From Pseudomonadales bacterium (GTDB taxonomy: Bacteria; Pseudomonadota; Gammaproteobacteria; Pseudomonadales; JAUIET01): a DNA stretch of 52,228 nt. Positions 1-9,374 of the stretch are shown here, piece by piece (position 1 is the stretch's first letter; the number at the start of each line of letters is the position of its first letter). Both the position numbers and the translations under genes were made by a program. The stretch covers positions 1 through 52,228 of the forward strand of contig JBPCXM010000028.1 in the NCBI GenBank assembly GCA_051008535.1, given 5' to 3'. The notes beneath the pieces are model-generated. The model was not told the origin of the DNA and ran no database searches. It saw only the letters and a list, made by a program, of their open reading frames with translations.

Positions 1-128
1 TCTTTACGTTTTTGGGCAGCGATCTGCCAAGGCTTGAGTTTTTGATTCTCGGCGATAGTGTCAGCTGTACCTGTGCCCATGAATGTGCCAACAGAAAAGA
101 TCAATACATATTTATAGAGTTGTTTCAT
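1..128 (-). CDS. hypothetical exported protein, N-terminal fragment (gene continues past the window start)
   Basis: Reverse complement has ATG at 128-126 and reads MKQLYKYVLIFSVGTFMGTGTADTIAEN..., a signal-peptide-like N-terminus. AGGTA lies about 9 nt upstream. Open to the window edge; absent from the ORF track because it is truncated. Confidence 0.3.
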   Translation of the reverse strand, partial: MKQLYKYVLIFSVGTFMGTGTADTIAENQKLKPWQIAAQKRK

Positions 129-305
129 TGAAGTTCTACCTGTGTCCCATTGAGTAAGCAAAAATCGATGATCAAATATTAGTGTGTCCAGGTGGCGTGT
201 CTCAACGTAATTACTACCACTGTCGCAAAAATTACTTGAACCGTGCGGTGGGTCACTCATAAAGAGGGAATTAATGGAACTTTAAGGTGGTAATATCACA
301 CGGTT

Positions 306-1268
306 TCACGCATTTCGACGAACTGCCACCTCGCTGAGGGTGTCTAGCTGGGCTTTTACGGCACTGTTCGGTAGCTCAATCAGGGCTTTGCGCGCCAGCT
401 TTGCATAGTCCTCGGCGCGTCGTACAGTAAAGTCCAATGCGCCAGAGCCTTCAACGGCGACAACGATTGCAGGTAGCTGTTCGCTGGACTTCTCAATGAT
501 CGCCTGTTGCACCAATTCCCGTGCGGCTGTATCTGCGCAGCGCATAGTTTCGATCAGCGGCAGTGTGGGCTTGCCTTCAGCCAAGTCATCACCAACATTC
601 TTGCCCAGGCTTGCAGCGTCACCACGATAGTCCAGAACGTCGTCCATTAGCTGAAACGCCATGCCCATATTTAAGCCATAGCGGCGCAACGCCTGTTCGT
701 GAGCGTGGTCGGCGCCCGCAAGTACCGCGCCAGTCTGCGCTGCTGCGGCGAACAATGTGGCGGTTTTATATTCAATTACGCTTAGATACTCTGCTTCACT
801 GGTCGCTGGGTCGCCTGCTTTGGTTAATTGCAACACTTCGCCTTCTGCAATCAGGTTGGTGGCATTCGACAGAATGTCCATGATTTTGATATCACCCAGT
901 GATACCAACATTTGAAACGCCCGCGAGTACAAAAAATCGCCAACCAGAATGCTGGACGCGTTGCCCCAGTTAGCATTAGCTGTGGGCCTTCCCCGACGCA
1001 GTTCCGATACATCAATTACATCATCGTGCAGTAGCGTTGCGGTATGCAGGAACTCAATAACGGCGGCCAGTTCATACAAAGACTGGTCGCGATAATTGCA
1101 GCTAAAGCCGCTAAGTAGAACCAATATAGGTCTAAGGCGCTTGCCACCGGCGGCAACCAGGTATTCACCTATTTCCTCCACCAACGGTACTTGCGAACGC
1201 ATGCGCTGCATAATCAGCTCATTGACGGTGCTAAGCTCGGGCTTTAGTTCATCCAGGAATTGGCGCAT
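306..1268 (-). CDS. ispB: octaprenyl-diphosphate synthase (trans-polyprenyl diphosphate synthase)
   Basis: 320-aa ORF with both DDxxD prenyltransferase motifs (LLHDDVIDVS, FQLMDDVLDY). Divergent from rplU-rpmA, as in many gammaproteobacteria. Confidence 0.93.
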   Translation of the reverse strand: MRQFLDELKPELSTVNELIMQRMRSQVPLVEEIGEYLVAAGGKRLRPILVLLSGFSCNYRDQSLYELAAVIEFLHTATLLHDDVIDVSELRRGRPTANANWGNASSILVGDFLYSRAFQMLVSLGDIKIMDILSNATNLIAEGEVLQLTKAGDPATSEAEYLSVIEYKTATLFAAAAQTGAVLAGADHAHEQALRRYGLNMGMAFQLMDDVLDYRGDAASLGKNVGDDLAEGKPTLPLIETMRCADTAARELVQQAIIEKSSEQLPAIVVAVEGSGALDFTVRRAEDYAKLARKALIELPNSAVKAQLDTLSEVAVRRNA

Positions 1269-1389
1269 GCTTTATGACAAGGTGGGTGGGTGAGAAGCAG
1301 CGCATGCTATGGAGCGCTCAGGTTTCTGTCAAGGCTTACAAACTGACGCGTAGCAGCATGGCTTGGGCCATGTTTTATCATGCTATAAC

Positions 1390-1418
1390 TTGCGTGCGAT
1401 TGTGTTATTGCGTAGAAT
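1390..1418 (+). promoter_or_regulatory. candidate sigma-70 promoter of rplU-rpmA
   Basis: TTGCGT (1390-1395), 17-nt spacer, TAGAAT (1413-1418), about 74 nt upstream of the rplU ATG. Confidence 0.45.
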
Positions 1419-1491
1419 TTGCGCCCCTTCGCGATGGCCCGACGACGTCCATTGCAGAGACTAATATGTAGCTATGGGCGGGTAACAGAGA

Positions 1492-1806
1492 ATGTACGCA
1501 GTAATCGAAAGCGGCGGCAAGCAGCATCGCGTTGTGCAGGGCGAAACGCTTAAATTGGAAAAACTGGAAACAGCGACCGGCGACACCATAAATTTTGAGA
1601 AAGTATTGCTGGTAGGTGCTGGCGAATCGGTGCGGGTCGGTGCTCCTTACGTAGAGGGCGGCTCTGTCACCGCTGAAGTGCTGAGCCATGGCAGGCACAA
1701 AAAGGTGCAAATCATTAAATTTCATCGCCGTAAGCACCACCGCAAGCAGGCCGGGCATAGACAGTGGTATACGGAAGTTAAAATTACCGATATTAAGTCA
1801 GCTTGA
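1492..1806 (+). CDS. rplU: 50S ribosomal protein L21
   Basis: [14 protein letters not shown]... is the canonical L21 N-terminus; 104 aa; followed by rpmA. Confidence 0.97.
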   Translation: MYAVIESGGKQHRVVQGETLKLEKLETATGDTINFEKVLLVGAGESVRVGAPYVEGGSVTAEVLSHGRHKKVQIIKFHRRKHHRKQAGHRQWYTEVKITDIKSA

Positions 1807-1843
1807 TTTTGGTGAACACCGTTAACGAGTAGAGGAGCACGAC

Positions 1844-2101
1844 ATGGCGCACAAGAAAGCAGGCGGTAGTACCCGCAACGGTCGCGACTCGAACGCCAAA
1901 CGACTTGGCGTAAAAAGCTTTGGCGGCCAGATTGTCAGTGCCGGCAGCATCATTGTCAGGCAGCGTGGCACGCAGTTTCATCCCGGCAAGAATGTCGGCT
2001 GCGGCAAAGACTATACGCTGTTCGCCACAGCACCGGGGCAGGTTGAATTCGTTGTGAAGGGCACAAAAAACCGTCGTTTCGTGAATATCATTCCCGCCTG
2101 A
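1844..2101 (+). CDS. rpmA: 50S ribosomal protein L27
   Basis: [24 protein letters not shown]... is canonical L27; 85 aa; GAGGAG SD upstream. Confidence 0.97.
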   Translation: MAHKKAGGSTRNGRDSNAKRLGVKSFGGQIVSAGSIIVRQRGTQFHPGKNVGCGKDYTLFATAPGQVEFVVKGTKNRRFVNIIPA

Positions 2102-2121
2102 TTGCAACCGTTGTAGTGCCG

Positions 2122-2149
2122 AAGCCTCGTCAATCGACGGGGCTTTTTT
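2122..2149 (+). terminator. intrinsic terminator or attenuator between rpmA and obg
   Basis: 10-bp stem AAGCCTCGTC / GACGGGGCTT (one G-U pair), loop AATC, then a T-run (2144-2149), 20 nt after the rpmA stop. Confidence 0.7.
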
Positions 2150-2156
2150 GCGTTAA

Positions 2157-3362
<1,206 letters not shown>

Positions 3363-3392
3363 GTCGCCTTATCGCATGAGGCGCATGAGGCA

Positions 3393-4499
3393 GTGAGCAA
3401 AAACGAGCGCTGGGTCATAAAAATTGGTAGCGCCCTGATGACCGACAACGGCCAGGGTTTGGCGCTGCCGGCAATTGCCGCATGGGTCGCGCAGATGGCC
3501 GAGCTGCGTGCGCAGAATATCGAGCTGGTGATAGTCTCGTCCGGCGCGGTAGCAGCGGGTCTTAGTCGCCTTGGCTGGTCCGGCCGGCCGCGGGAAGTTC
3601 ACAAACTGCAAGCGGCCGCTGCCGTCGGTCAAATGGGTTTGGTGCAAACCTGGGAATCGCATTTTCAGACATTTGATCTACATACCGCACAGGTATTGCT
3701 GGTCAACGATGATGTGGCCAACCGCGAACGCTATTTAAATGCCCGCAAAACGTTGAATGCCTTGTTGGCCTATGGGGTGATACCCATTGTCAATGAAAAC
3801 GATACGGTAGCGACCGAAGAAATCTGTTTCGGCGACAACGACAATCTGGCTGCCTTGGTGGCGAATCTGACTTATGCCGACCGCTTATTGATCTTGACCG
3901 ACCAGCAAGGCTTATTCGACCAAGATCCACGAATCAACCCGCAGGCCAAGCTTGTTCGTCAAGGGAAAGCCGGCGATGGCAGTCTGCAGAATATGGCGGG
4001 CACCAGCCCTGGCCAGCTCGGGCGTGGCGGCATGATCACCAAACTGCGCGCGGCGCAGCAGGCGGCGCAGTCGGGCACTGACACTTATATTGTCCATGGT
4101 AGCGAAGCACAGGTGCTCACCAGGCTTGCCACTGGCGAACCAATCGGTACCCGGTTAACCGCAGCACGCAAACCGGCAGCGGCGCGCAAGCAATGGATTG
4201 CTGCGCAGTTGCAAACCAAAGGCACATTGCAACTCGACGCCGGTGCCAGCCAAGTGATTCGAAGTGCCGGCCGCAGCCTATTGCCGGTAGGGGTAGTCGG
4301 CGTGCAAGGAAATTTTCAACGCGGTGATGTTGTCAGCTGCGTGAGTCTAGAAGGCGAAGAGCTGGCACGCGGCTTGACCAACTATGCGGCCGACGACGCG
4401 CGGAAAATCATGGGTCTTGCGAGTGACATGATAGTTGCGGTGCTGGAAACTCCGGGCGATGCAGAGCTGATCCATAGAGATAATTTGGTCTTAATATAA
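3393..4499 (+). CDS. proB: glutamate 5-kinase
   Basis: GTG start with GAGG SD. Amino-acid kinase domain (KIGSALMTD..., NENDTVATEE) plus a C-terminal PUA-like region; 368 aa. Confidence 0.95.
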   Translation: MSKNERWVIKIGSALMTDNGQGLALPAIAAWVAQMAELRAQNIELVIVSSGAVAAGLSRLGWSGRPREVHKLQAAAAVGQMGLVQTWESHFQTFDLHTAQVLLVNDDVANRERYLNARKTLNALLAYGVIPIVNENDTVATEEICFGDNDNLAALVANLTYADRLLILTDQQGLFDQDPRINPQAKLVRQGKAGDGSLQNMAGTSPGQLGRGGMITKLRAAQQAAQSGTDTYIVHGSEAQVLTRLATGEPIGTRLTAARKPAAARKQWIAAQLQTKGTLQLDAGASQVIRSAGRSLLPVGVVGVQGNFQRGDVVSCVSLEGEELARGLTNYAADDARKIMGLASDMIVAVLETPGDAELIHRDNLVLI

Positions 4500-4508
4500 G
4501 CCTTAGGC

Positions 4509-4678
4509 CCGCGTCAAAATTAATTCACATTTTGGCCGCCGATCCATCCCGCCTACCTACGTTCCCTAGAGGGCCTACTGTTGGTGCGAAAATTCGAAAT
4601 ATTCAAATATTCCAGCGTTTCCGCGTCTTGCCAGACGGGCGCCTCGACACTCAAATTTGCGAATTAATTTTGACGCGG
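4509..4678. repeat. family-2 intergenic palindromic element, copy 1 (170 bp) in the proB 3-prime region
   Basis: 4509-4526 CCGCGTCAAAATTAATTC is the perfect reverse complement of 4661-4678. The interior shares blocks with 15111-15211 and 51857-52008 (TAG(A)GGCCTACT, TTCGAAATA, CGCCTCGACAC). No credible ORF. Confidence 0.75.
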
Positions 4679-4691
4679 TCCCTTAAAACAC

Positions 4692-4720
4692 GAAACCGGC
4701 CTCAGCCGGTTTCTTTATCT
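4692..4720. terminator. bidirectional intrinsic terminator for convergent proB and rpsT
   Basis: 9-bp stem GAAACCGGC / GCCGGTTTC with loop CTCA. T-rich tail on the plus strand (TTTATCT) and on the minus strand (GTGTTTTAAGG). Confidence 0.75.
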
Positions 4721-4738
4721 GTTCTTTGGCTCAGCTTG

Positions 4739-5002
4739 TTATCCCATCGCCTTGATAGCGGCATTCAGGCGACTCTTGTGTCGCGCCGCTTTATTTTTCT
4801 GAATGACACCTTTGTCAGCCATACGATCGATAAAAGGCACGGCGGTTGCGTACGCTGCCTTGGCAGCCGTCTGATCACCTGCGGCAATGGCGGCGATAAC
4901 GTTTTTAATGCAGGTTCTAACCATCGAACGCTGACCTATTTTTAACGAACGACGAGCGACCGTTTGGCGGGCGCGTTTCCTTGCTTGCGGCGAATTGGCC
5001 AA
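4739..5002 (-). CDS. rpsT: 30S ribosomal protein S20
   Basis: MANSPQARKRARQTVARR... is canonical S20; 87 aa. Confidence 0.97.
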   Translation of the reverse strand: MANSPQARKRARQTVARRSLKIGQRSMVRTCIKNVIAAIAAGDQTAAKAAYATAVPFIDRMADKGVIQKNKAARHKSRLNAAIKAMG

Positions 5003-5086
5003 AATGATTATCCTCGGTGTGTTTGTGTTGCTTCGGTATTGCAGGACGCGGGATTATTCCGATTCGCCGCTAATTTGTCAACCACA

Positions 5087-5473
5087 CTATAAAAAGCGAC
5101 CTGCTGCTACACAAGACCATACCACGACGAAAATCATCAAACTCACAAACACTGCTGCCGAGCCCATGTCCTTGGCCTGACCCGAGAGCTCGTGGCGTTC
5201 GGTGCCAATGCGGTCGACGGTTGATTCCAGCGCCGAATTTAATAGTTCAACTATCAACACAAGCATCGCGCACATGATCAACAGGCCGCGCTCAAGCCCG
5301 GTTTGACCTAGCCAAAGGGCCGCCGGTAAGCAAATCAGGGCGAGGCAAACTTCCAGACGGAAGGCAAATTCATTGTTCCAGGCGGCGCGCAAGCCGCGCA
5401 TCGAAAAATTGCTTGCCTGCGCCACATGGTGCAGGTTGTCGCTGGTCGGCTTGTTGCGTTCTTGTTCGGTCAT
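5087..5473 (-). CDS. dgkA: diacylglycerol kinase
   Basis: 128-aa three-TM protein with DgkA motifs (NEFAFRLE, ELLNSALESTVDRIG, AKDMGSAAV). Confidence 0.9.
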   Translation of the reverse strand: MTEQERNKPTSDNLHHVAQASNFSMRGLRAAWNNEFAFRLEVCLALICLPAALWLGQTGLERGLLIMCAMLVLIVELLNSALESTVDRIGTERHELSGQAKDMGSAAVFVSLMIFVVVWSCVAAGRFL

Positions 5474-5477
5474 GGCA

Positions 5478-6098
5478 TTAACGAACCTTAAAATAGTGAC
5501 GCAGACTGTAAAACAAAAGCAGCAGTAGTGCGGCAGCGGCTGTGATCAATGCCGCCAGCACAACGGGCGGAATCGCCAACTCGATAGAGGCGCCAAGGAA
5601 AAAGCCGGGCAGCATATAAATCGGTGCCCACGCCAGCGCTGACGCAAAATTCACCATGAAGAACAGACCGGCCGGCATTTTCAACATGCCAGCCACCAGC
5701 GGCATAATTGGGCGGATTGGACCAATAAAGCGGCCAATAACGATGCCCTTCGTGCCGTGTTGGCTAAAAAAAAGTTCGCCGCGCACTATCCATTGCTGCT
5801 GTTTTTTCATCAACCGTGATGTCAGCAGGGATTGCCCGTAGTACTTGCCGATAAAATAGCTGCTACCGTCGCCCAGCACAGCACCAACAAAGGCGGCCGC
5901 CAGTGTGCTGGCCATATCCAGCGTGCCGCTGCCGGCAACGAACGCCGCCACCGTCAGCAGCGCGACCCCGGGTACGACGACGCCTGCGACTGCAAACGAC
6001 TCGGCGAACGCAATCAGTGCGATACTCCAAGCCACCCAATCGGGATTGGCCAGCAAAAATTCGAAAAGAGCGGAATCTTGTAAGGCTTTTATTTCCAA
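5478..6098 (-). CDS. DedA family inner-membrane protein
   Basis: 206 aa, multi-TM, DedA/SNARE-associated signature (GKYYG..., GRFIGPIRPIMPLVAGMLKMP). Confidence 0.85.
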   Translation of the reverse strand: MEIKALQDSALFEFLLANPDWVAWSIALIAFAESFAVAGVVVPGVALLTVAAFVAGSGTLDMASTLAAAFVGAVLGDGSSYFIGKYYGQSLLTSRLMKKQQQWIVRGELFFSQHGTKGIVIGRFIGPIRPIMPLVAGMLKMPAGLFFMVNFASALAWAPIYMLPGFFLGASIELAIPPVVLAALITAAAALLLLLFYSLRHYFKVR

Positions 6099-6247
6099 AT
6101 CAGTGTTCGTGTTGCTTGCAGTTCAACGGTCATCATCGCATCCTAGCGGGTGAGGTGACAAATTCTGTAAGGCGTGGTTTGTCTGACAGCATGCGTATAG
6201 ACACGATATAATGGAACTAAGAGAGTTGTAAGGATAGTCAGCATTTA

Positions 6248-7507
6248 GTGGTGAACATCAAGACCTATATGCAAGAACTTGGGCGCCAGGCGCGCGCCGC
6301 TTCGCGTGTTATGGCGACAGCCAGCGCGGCGCAGAAAAATGCCGCCCTGCATGCCATTGCCGCGCAACTCGACAGCAATCGTGCAAATTTGCAGCAGGCT
6401 AATAGCCAGGATTTAAGAGCCGGAGAAAGCAACGGGCTGGAAGCCGCCTTGATGGACCGCCTGGAGCTTACACCGGCGCGTATCGACAGCATGCTCGAAG
6501 GTTTGCAGCAAGTCGCCGGGTTGACCGACCCGGTTGGTGAAATTTCTGATCTGGCGTTTCGGTCCAGCGGCATTCAGGTCGGTAAAATGCGCGTGCCACT
6601 CGGTGTGATTGGCATCATTTACGAGTCGCGACCAAACGTCACTATTGATGCGGCAAGCCTGTGCTTAAAGTCCGGCAATGCCAGCATTCTGCGCGGTGGC
6701 TCAGAGGCACTGCACTCCAATCAAGCCATCGCAGCCGGCATCAGCGCGGGCTTGCTGCAAGCAGGTCTGCCTGCTGCTGCCGTGCAGGTGCTGGAGACTA
6801 CCGATCGCACCGCAGTGGGCGAACTGATTACAATGCCCGACTATGTCGACGTGATTGTGCCGCGTGGAGGCCAAGGCTTGATCGAGCGCATCAGTCGTGA
6901 TGCCAAGGTTGCCGTGATCAAACACCTAGACGGCGTTTGCCATGTGTACATTGACGCGCAAGCTGATTTAGACAAAGCTGAGCGTATCGCTGTAAATTCC
7001 AAGACCCAGCGCTACGGTACCTGCAATACCTTGGAAACCTTATTGGTTGCCGAAGTTGTGGCGCAGGGAATATTGCCGCGCCTGGCGGATATCTATGCCC
7101 AAAAAGGTGTCGAACTGCGTGGTTGCGAGAAGACCAAGGCCTTGTTACCGAATGTAAGTGCTGCCAGTGAGGACGACTGGTATGCGGAGTATTTGGCGCC
7201 GGTATTGGCAATCAAAATTGTGCCAGGTTTGGACGCCGCGATTGAACATATCAACCGCTATGGGTCCTTGCATACCGACAGTATCGTTACTGAGAACTAC
7301 ACGCATGCGCAGCGATTTTTGCGCGAAGTGGATTCCAGCTCGGTGATGGTGAACGTCTCGACCCGTTTTGCCGATGGTTTCGAATATGGTCTGGGTGCAG
7401 AGATTGGCATATCGACCGATAAAATTCATGCGCGCGGTCCGGTGGGACTGGAAGGCCTAACATCGCAAAAATATATTGTGCTGGGAGACGGTCAAATTCG
7501 TGAATAA
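6248..7507 (+). CDS. proA: gamma-glutamyl phosphate reductase
   Basis: 419 aa, GTG start, aldehyde-dehydrogenase-like ProA ([31 protein letters not shown]). Confidence 0.95.
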   Translation: MVNIKTYMQELGRQARAASRVMATASAAQKNAALHAIAAQLDSNRANLQQANSQDLRAGESNGLEAALMDRLELTPARIDSMLEGLQQVAGLTDPVGEISDLAFRSSGIQVGKMRVPLGVIGIIYESRPNVTIDAASLCLKSGNASILRGGSEALHSNQAIAAGISAGLLQAGLPAAAVQVLETTDRTAVGELITMPDYVDVIVPRGGQGLIERISRDAKVAVIKHLDGVCHVYIDAQADLDKAERIAVNSKTQRYGTCNTLETLLVAEVVAQGILPRLADIYAQKGVELRGCEKTKALLPNVSAASEDDWYAEYLAPVLAIKIVPGLDAAIEHINRYGSLHTDSIVTENYTHAQRFLREVDSSSVMVNVSTRFADGFEYGLGAEIGISTDKIHARGPVGLEGLTSQKYIVLGDGQIRE

Positions 7508-7524
7508 CGCCTATTGCTCGGCCG

Positions 7525-7686
7525 GTACTCTGACAAGGTGATATTGATGGCCCGAAGGGCGCTAAGCAGGCAGCTCTGTGCGTCGTTGCGCTAACTTGAC
7601 TTAGTTCTTCTATGCCTGCGTCAGCATGTCTTGCACAGAACAGCCTGCTTAACGCTGAACCCATCAATATCACCTTGTCAGAGTAC
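7525..7686. repeat. family-1 intergenic palindromic element, copy 1 (162 bp), filling the proA-nadD junction
   Basis: 7525-7550 GTACTCTGACAAGGTGATATTGATGG is the perfect reverse complement of 7661-7686. An inner stem, 7559-7581 with 7633-7655, pairs at 20 of 23 positions. The 110-nt core is roughly three-quarters identical to the reverse complement of 15001-15110. Confidence 0.8.
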
Positions 7687-7691
7687 TAGGT

Positions 7692-8366
7692 TTGCAAAAC
7701 ACACAGCAGGCAGTTGGAATTTTCGGCGGGTCGTTCGACCCGATTCACTTTGGGCATCTGCGTGCCGCACTTGAATTGGCTTTCACGTTTGATCTTGCGG
7801 ACGTTCGACTGATTCCGAATGGCCAGCCACCACATCGTGATGCCGCCTTGGCCAATGCAGAGCAACGTGGGGAGATGCTGGAACTGGCACTGCGCAATGC
7901 GGTACCGTTGTCGCTAGACCGTTGCGAATTGGATCGTTCGGGTCCGTCGTACAGCATCGATACCCTGCAATCGTTGCGCGCCGAATTGGCGGCAGATACG
8001 CCGCTGATCATGGGCGTAGGCGCCGACGCCTTCCAGCAATTGGCATCCTGGCGGCGTGGTCGAGAGCTGATCGAGTATGCGCACATCGCGGTATTGACGC
8101 GCCCCGGTTCACCGCTTGCAAGTGATGCCGATGTTGAATTGCCATTTGCAGCGGATTGGGTGACTGATCCGACGCGCTTGATTGAACAGCCATGTGGTCT
8201 CGTATACAAGCTGGAAATGACACCGCTGGCGATTTCTTCCACCCGCATTCGGCAGCAAATCGCGGCTGGTTGGTCGCCACGCTATCTCGTACCCGAATCG
8301 GTTTGCAACTATATAGAACAGCACAATCTTTACGCCACTGATATGGCACATTCGAGGAATACATAG
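7692..8366 (+). CDS. nadD: nicotinate-nucleotide adenylyltransferase
   Basis: TTG start. GIFGGSFDPIHFGHL nucleotidyltransferase motif and a C-terminal ISSTRIR motif; 224 aa. Confidence 0.93.
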   Translation: MQNTQQAVGIFGGSFDPIHFGHLRAALELAFTFDLADVRLIPNGQPPHRDAALANAEQRGEMLELALRNAVPLSLDRCELDRSGPSYSIDTLQSLRAELAADTPLIMGVGADAFQQLASWRRGRELIEYAHIAVLTRPGSPLASDADVELPFAADWVTDPTRLIEQPCGLVYKLEMTPLAISSTRIRQQIAAGWSPRYLVPESVCNYIEQHNLYATDMAHSRNT

Positions 8367-8372
8367 GCAACC

Positions 8373-8726
8373 ATGCAAGCAACAGAAATCGCCGCTCTTG
8401 CGGAACAGGCGCTGGAAGACTTAAAAGCACAAAATATTCAACGTTTTGATGTGAGAGCGCTGACAGATATCGCAGACTTTCTTATTATTGCCAGCGGCAC
8501 TTCTAACCGACAAGTCAAAGCTTTGGCGGAGAATGTGCAGTTGAAAGCGAAACAGGCGGGCTTAAGCGCAATTGGGGTGGAAGGCGCTGATACTGCCGAG
8601 TGGATTCTGGTTGACCTCGCCGATGTGGTGGTACACGTGATGCAGCCTGCGACGCGGGAGTTTTATGATCTTGAGCGCCTCTGGTCAGTGCCTCCGGCGC
8701 CGGCGGCTGACGAGCAGAATCCGTAG
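8373..8726 (+). CDS. rsfS: ribosome silencing factor
   Basis: 117 aa, RsfS/YbeB pattern (DFLIIASGTSNRQVKAL, EWILVDLADVVVHVM). Conserved nadD-rsfS-rlmH order. Confidence 0.92.
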   Translation: MQATEIAALAEQALEDLKAQNIQRFDVRALTDIADFLIIASGTSNRQVKALAENVQLKAKQAGLSAIGVEGADTAEWILVDLADVVVHVMQPATREFYDLERLWSVPPAPAADEQNP

Positions 8727-8735
8727 GCGAAGTGC

Positions 8736-8776
8736 CCTGTGGCGAAAAAAGCATACATACATCGATTCGCCACAGG
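8736..8776 (+). promoter_or_regulatory. intercistronic stem-loop overlapping the rlmH ribosome-binding region
   Basis: CCTGTGGCGAA (8736-8746) is the perfect reverse complement of TTCGCCACAGG (8766-8776), with a 19-nt loop. The only SD-like AGGA (8774-8777) straddles the 3-prime arm, 8 nt before the TTG at 8786. Confidence 0.45.
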
Positions 8777-8785
8777 ACTCTCGCA

Positions 8786-9253
8786 TTGAAGATACGCATT
8801 CTCGCGTTTGGTCAGCGTATGCCCGTGTGGGTGGATAGCGGCGCGGACGATTATTTGCAACGCGTGTCTGCTGGCTTAGGCATCAGCCTGACCGACCTCG
8901 CGCTGGAGAAGCGTAATAAAGCGCAATCGTTGGACAAAATACGCCAGTGTGAAGATGCGAAAATGCTGAGCAGCATCAAGACCGATGAGTGCGTAATTGC
9001 CCTCGATCAGCGAGGCAAGCAGTGGTCCACCGAGGAGTTAGCCGCGAGTCTCCGCGATTGGCAGATGAGCGGTCGTGACTATTGTTTGCTGATCGGCGGC
9101 CCAGAGGGTTTGGGGGAGAACAGCCTCGCGCGTGCCGATATGCGTTGGTCGCTGGCGAAGCTAACGCTGCCGCACCCGCTAGTGCGCATTATTTTGCTGG
9201 AGCAATTGTATCGTGCCTGGACGATAAACACCGGGCATCCCTATCATCGTTAA
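8786..9253 (+). CDS. rlmH: 23S rRNA (pseudouridine1915-N3)-methyltransferase
   Basis: SPOUT-type RlmH, 155 aa from the TTG at 8786 (LKIRILAFGQRMPVW ... GHPYHR). The ORF-track start at 8732 adds 18 residues that are atypical for RlmH and run through the hairpin. Confidence 0.9.
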   Translation: MKIRILAFGQRMPVWVDSGADDYLQRVSAGLGISLTDLALEKRNKAQSLDKIRQCEDAKMLSSIKTDECVIALDQRGKQWSTEELAASLRDWQMSGRDYCLLIGGPEGLGENSLARADMRWSLAKLTLPHPLVRIILLEQLYRAWTINTGHPYHR

Positions 9254-9280
9254 GCATTCGCGGTTGATTAACATCGTGTT

Positions 9281-9374
9281 CGCGACTAAAGTCTCTGACA
9301 AATCGGCAGGATAGCCGATTTGCACAGCCACAGTCTGCCCGGTAGGGCGAGCCACAAGGATGTGGCGAGTGAAT
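9281..9374 (+). repeat. family-3 structured intergenic repeat, copy 1 (compact form), upstream of mltB
   Basis: 9297-9320 matches 30176-30199 at 23 of 24 nt, and 9321-9374 matches 30276-30329 at 46 of 54 nt. Contains a 9-bp hairpin CAAATCGGC-AGGATA-GCCGATTTG and short hairpins GCCC-GGTA-GGGC and GCCACA-AGGA-TGTGGC. Confidence 0.75.

Noticed and set aside
3374-3391. Perfect 9-bp tandem duplication GCATGAGGC GCATGAGGC immediately upstream of the proB GTG, duplicating the SD-like GAGG
   Set aside because: It is real in the sequence but only two units long, and most simply explained as a slippage duplication. There is no evidence of function beyond possibly providing the SD.
4532-4945. 137-aa ORF in the track spanning the family-2 repeat and running into rpsT
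   Set aside because: It has no SD. It reads through a palindromic non-coding repeat and the terminator, and then runs antisense to the highly conserved rpsT. The composition looks like a frame artefact.
7525-7686. Retron msr-msd, 6S-like RNA or IS-associated guide RNA as an explanation for the inverted-repeat-bounded elements
   Set aside because: There is no reverse transcriptase, transposase or recombinase gene anywhere in the window. The elements are dispersed in multiple copies within operon junctions, and no 6S-like central bubble context (zapA/ygfA) is present. An ERIC- or MITE-like structured repeat is the more economical reading. This cannot be fully excluded without the whole genome.
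8732-8785. Upstream extensions of rlmH (8732) and, similarly, lon (27664), leuS (18300) and the DUF3465 gene (14013)
   Set aside because: Family-typical N-termini begin at the internal starts. The extensions cross hairpins or promoter-like sequence, or overlap the upstream gene.
9321-9346. Promoter inside the family-3 repeat (TTGCAC ... TAGGGC as sigma-70, or a GG-N10-GC sigma-54 pattern)
   Set aside because: The -10 candidate is poor. The -35 T is lost in copy 2 (GGTGCAC). The sigma-54 GG/GC spacing does not fit in either copy.
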